The notes below the pieces were generated by a model, which searched no databases, was not told the origin of the DNA, and saw only the letters and a program-made list of their open reading frames with translations. DNA of 64,000 nucleotides. Source: a bacterium (GTDB lineage: Bacteria > Fidelibacterota > Fidelibacteria > Fidelibacterales > Fidelibacteraceae). Positions within the stretch are counted from its first letter, which is position 1; the number at the start of each line of letters is the position of its first letter. Location of the stretch: the NCBI GenBank assembly GCA_963676395.1, contig OY781066.1, positions 2,080,001 to 2,144,000 of the forward strand, in the 5' to 3' direction. Both the position numbers and the translations under genes were made by a program. Below, one piece after another: positions 61,703 to 64,000 of the stretch.

Positions 61703-62821
61703 ATGTTTGATCCAAGAGAAAAAAAACTGGCTGAATTATTGGTGAATTATTCATGTAATGTACAAAAAGGCGAAAATGTATTGATCGAAGCCTTTGATAT
61801 TCCCGAAAGCTTTGTGAAATTATTAGTGAAAGCAGTTCGGGGACGCGAAGGAAATCCTTTTGTTACCATCAAATCTAATACGATTCAACGAGAATTATTT
61901 TTAAACGGTACGGATGAACAGATCAAGTTTGCAGGTGAATATGAAGCGATGCGGATGAAGAATATGCAGGCTTATATCGGTGTGCGCGGTTCACAAAATA
62001 TTACGGAATTATCCGATGTGCCGGCCGATGATATGAAACGTTATCAAACACTTTGGAGTCAACCGGTACATTCAAAAATCCGTGTTCCCGAAACCAAATG
62101 GGTCGTACTGCGCTGGCCAACACCTTCGATGGCTCAGCAGGCAGGTTTAAGTACCGAAGAATTTGAAAACTTTTATTTTGATGTATGCACTTTGGATTAT
62201 CCTAAAATGGCCGAAGCGCAGAAAGTACTGATGGCTTTGGAAGAAAAAACCGATAAAGTCCATATTAAAGGTCCGGGTAAAACCGACCTGAAATTTTCTG
62301 TGAAAGATATCCCCGTGATCCAATCCTGCGGTTTGCGTAACATTCCGGATGGTGAAGTTTTTACTGCGCCTGTTCGTGATTCTGTGAACGGTGTGATCGA
62401 ATATAATACACCCACTCTTTATCAGGGAACGGTTTTTAATGACATTACATTGACATTCAAAGATGGCAAGATCGTCAAAGTTGAAGGCGACAATGTAGAA
62501 CGCCTGGAAGAGATTTTTAACACCGATGAAGGTGCCCGCTATGTGGGTGAATTTGCTATTGGTATGAATCCTTATATCAATCGTCCTATGAAAGATATTC
62601 TTTTTGATGAAAAGATCGCCGGATCTATTCATTTTACTCCCGGAAATTCTTATGATGATGCTTTTAATGGTAATCAATCTGCCATTCACTGGGATCTTGT
62701 TTTACGTCAAACACCCGAGTGTGGGGGTGGTGAGATCTGGTTTGATGATGTATTGATCCGAAAAGATGGAATTTTTGTGCTGGAAGAATTGAAAGCGCTG
62801 AATCCGGAGAATCTAAAATAG
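61703..62821 (+). CDS. M29 family aminopeptidase (AmpS/AmpT-like)
   Basis: NIPDGEVFTAP, GEFAIG, FDEKIAGS.H...G..Y, SAIHWD. Confidence 0.92.
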   Translation: MFDPREKKLAELLVNYSCNVQKGENVLIEAFDIPESFVKLLVKAVRGREGNPFVTIKSNTIQRELFLNGTDEQIKFAGEYEAMRMKNMQAYIGVRGSQNITELSDVPADDMKRYQTLWSQPVHSKIRVPETKWVVLRWPTPSMAQQAGLSTEEFENFYFDVCTLDYPKMAEAQKVLMALEEKTDKVHIKGPGKTDLKFSVKDIPVIQSCGLRNIPDGEVFTAPVRDSVNGVIEYNTPTLYQGTVFNDITLTFKDGKIVKVEGDNVERLEEIFNTDEGARYVGEFAIGMNPYINRPMKDILFDEKIAGSIHFTPGNSYDDAFNGNQSAIHWDLVLRQTPECGGGEIWFDDVLIRKDGIFVLEELKALNPENLK

Positions 62822-62880
62822 AACAATCGATTGAGGAATGAGTGAATAATTGATAGACTATGGTCAAAGTTAAGTTCGCT

Positions 62881-63067
62881 GTTATCTCGAGTAAAGCACT
62901 TCGTATCTAGTGCGTAGCCGAGAGATCTCAAATGATAGCTTAATTATGCATGTGCTTCAAGCTTAATGTTGAACATAATGTTGATTTTGTGATATTATTA
63001 GGGCTTAACGAAAGGAATTTATACACGTTTAAGATCTCTCTACTCGTTTCACTCGGTCGAAATGATA
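62881..63067. repeat. MITE/REP-doublet-like non-coding element
   Basis: Left arm gttatctcga...gagagatctc and right arm agatctctc...tcgaaatgata. Inner 9 bp are perfectly inverted, outer arms partly inverted. Confidence 0.5.
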
Positions 63068-63108
63068 GAAACCCTCAGGGCAATTGAAAAGAACAAGAAA
63101 TTGAACTT

Positions 63109-64000
63109 ATGAATCAAACTTCTAACATCGTCTCAGTCCGTAAAGTAGAACGCTACGATCAGGAAAAGATCTACACGGCTGTTGAAGAGATCTACAAAGC
63201 TGCGGATGGTCCCGATCCCAAAGGCAAGAAAGTATTGCTGAAGCCCAATGTATTGACCGATGTAAGACCGGAGCAAGCCGTCACCACGCATCCGGAAGTA
63301 TTTCGTGCTTGTGCCAGATATTTCCGGGATAGGGGAGCTACGGTTGTAGCGGGAGATTCACCGGCTTTGCACAAAAGTGGTTTTAAACCTCAAAAGTGTG
63401 GTCTTTGGGCGGTTTGTGAAGAATTGAAGATCGAATGGATAGATTTTACCATAGATCCTATTCATAAAGGTGGATTTAAGTTTGCGCGCATACTGGAAGA
63501 CGTCGATATGGTGGTTTCTTTGCCAAAACTCAAGACGCATGAATTCGCTTATTACACCGGAGCCGTAAAAAATCTATTTGGTATGATGCCCGGACTTTCT
63601 AAAGCCATGATGCATGCAAAATATCCGAATAGAAACTCATTTTCGGCTATGATCGTGGATGTGATGAATGTGATCAAGCCATCTTTTGCTATTATGGATG
63701 GCATTATCGGGATGGAAGGTGCGGGTCCGCAAAATGGTAAACCTAAACATATAGGTCTTATGTTGGGTTCCTCCAATTTGATCGCATTAGATATTATTGC
63801 TTCAAGTATTATCGGTTATAATCCCATGGACATTCCACAATTAGGATATGCGGTGGGGAAAAATATTCAGGTATCTGATGTAAAAGATGTGCAGATCGAA
63901 GGTGGTAGCTTAAAAGATTTTAAAGTCAAGAATTTCAAGCGTATCCCTATTCAACATCATTATAATTTTGCCATTATGGGCGTACGATACGAGCGACTTC
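63109..64000 (+). CDS. DUF362 family protein (runs off the window end; not in the ORF track)
   Basis: MNQTSNIVS...VLLKPN....TTHPEV...GDSP...LPKLKTH....TGAVKNLFG..PG..K...H...DGI.GMEG.GP. Confidence 0.88.
   Translation, partial: MNQTSNIVSVRKVERYDQEKIYTAVEEIYKAADGPDPKGKKVLLKPNVLTDVRPEQAVTTHPEVFRACARYFRDRGATVVAGDSPALHKSGFKPQKCGLWAVCEELKIEWIDFTIDPIHKGGFKFARILEDVDMVVSLPKLKTHEFAYYTGAVKNLFGMMPGLSKAMMHAKYPNRNSFSAMIVDVMNVIKPSFAIMDGIIGMEGAGPQNGKPKHIGLMLGSSNLIALDIIASSIIGYNPMDIPQLGYAVGKNIQVSDVKDVQIEGGSLKDFKVKNFKRIPIQHHYNFAIMGVRYERL

Noticed and set aside
62147..62689. 180-aa antisense ORF and the many other short overlapping ORFs in the track (for example 48715-49179 and 44120-44506)
   Set aside because: They shadow well-conserved genes on another frame or strand and have no recognisable motifs or RBS.

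Overview
AT-rich bacterial chromosomal DNA. It is probably from an FCB-superphylum lineage outside Bacteroidota proper (for example Marinisomatota-like). This is inferred from T9SS-type cargo and PorV genes occurring together with Shine-Dalgarno sites and sigma70-type promoters. The backbone is nucleotide metabolism: purL(partial)-purQ-purH-purC/E fusion, then purB-purD-purN-purF-guaB-queH-guaA, add, carAB, a purine nucleoside phosphorylase and a DUF523/TudS gene. Housekeeping genes include ackA, prfB, hisS, a GH13 pullulanase-like enzyme, an M29 aminopeptidase and a partial DUF362 gene. The most striking accessory content is two paralogous outer-membrane cassettes (10480-21901, minus strand; 46534-55599, plus strand). 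Each has a TonB-dependent receptor, its own PorV/PorQ-family barrel and two secreted proteins with two different C-terminal sorting-domain subtypes, but no SusD. They also share an upstream motif and an internal hairpin in the same position, and the first carries a non-catalytic triple OB-fold cargo protein. Other notable items are a PurC-class II PurE fusion, three tandem KPNIYLYP-domain lipoproteins bracketed by 28-bp REP-like palindromes, a 50-bp-period hairpin repeat, heptamer tracts, a prfB lacking the usual frameshift and a frameshifted aldo/keto reductase. No rRNA, tRNA, CRISPR array, integrase or transposase was recognised. All calls come from motif recognition by eye, with no database searches.
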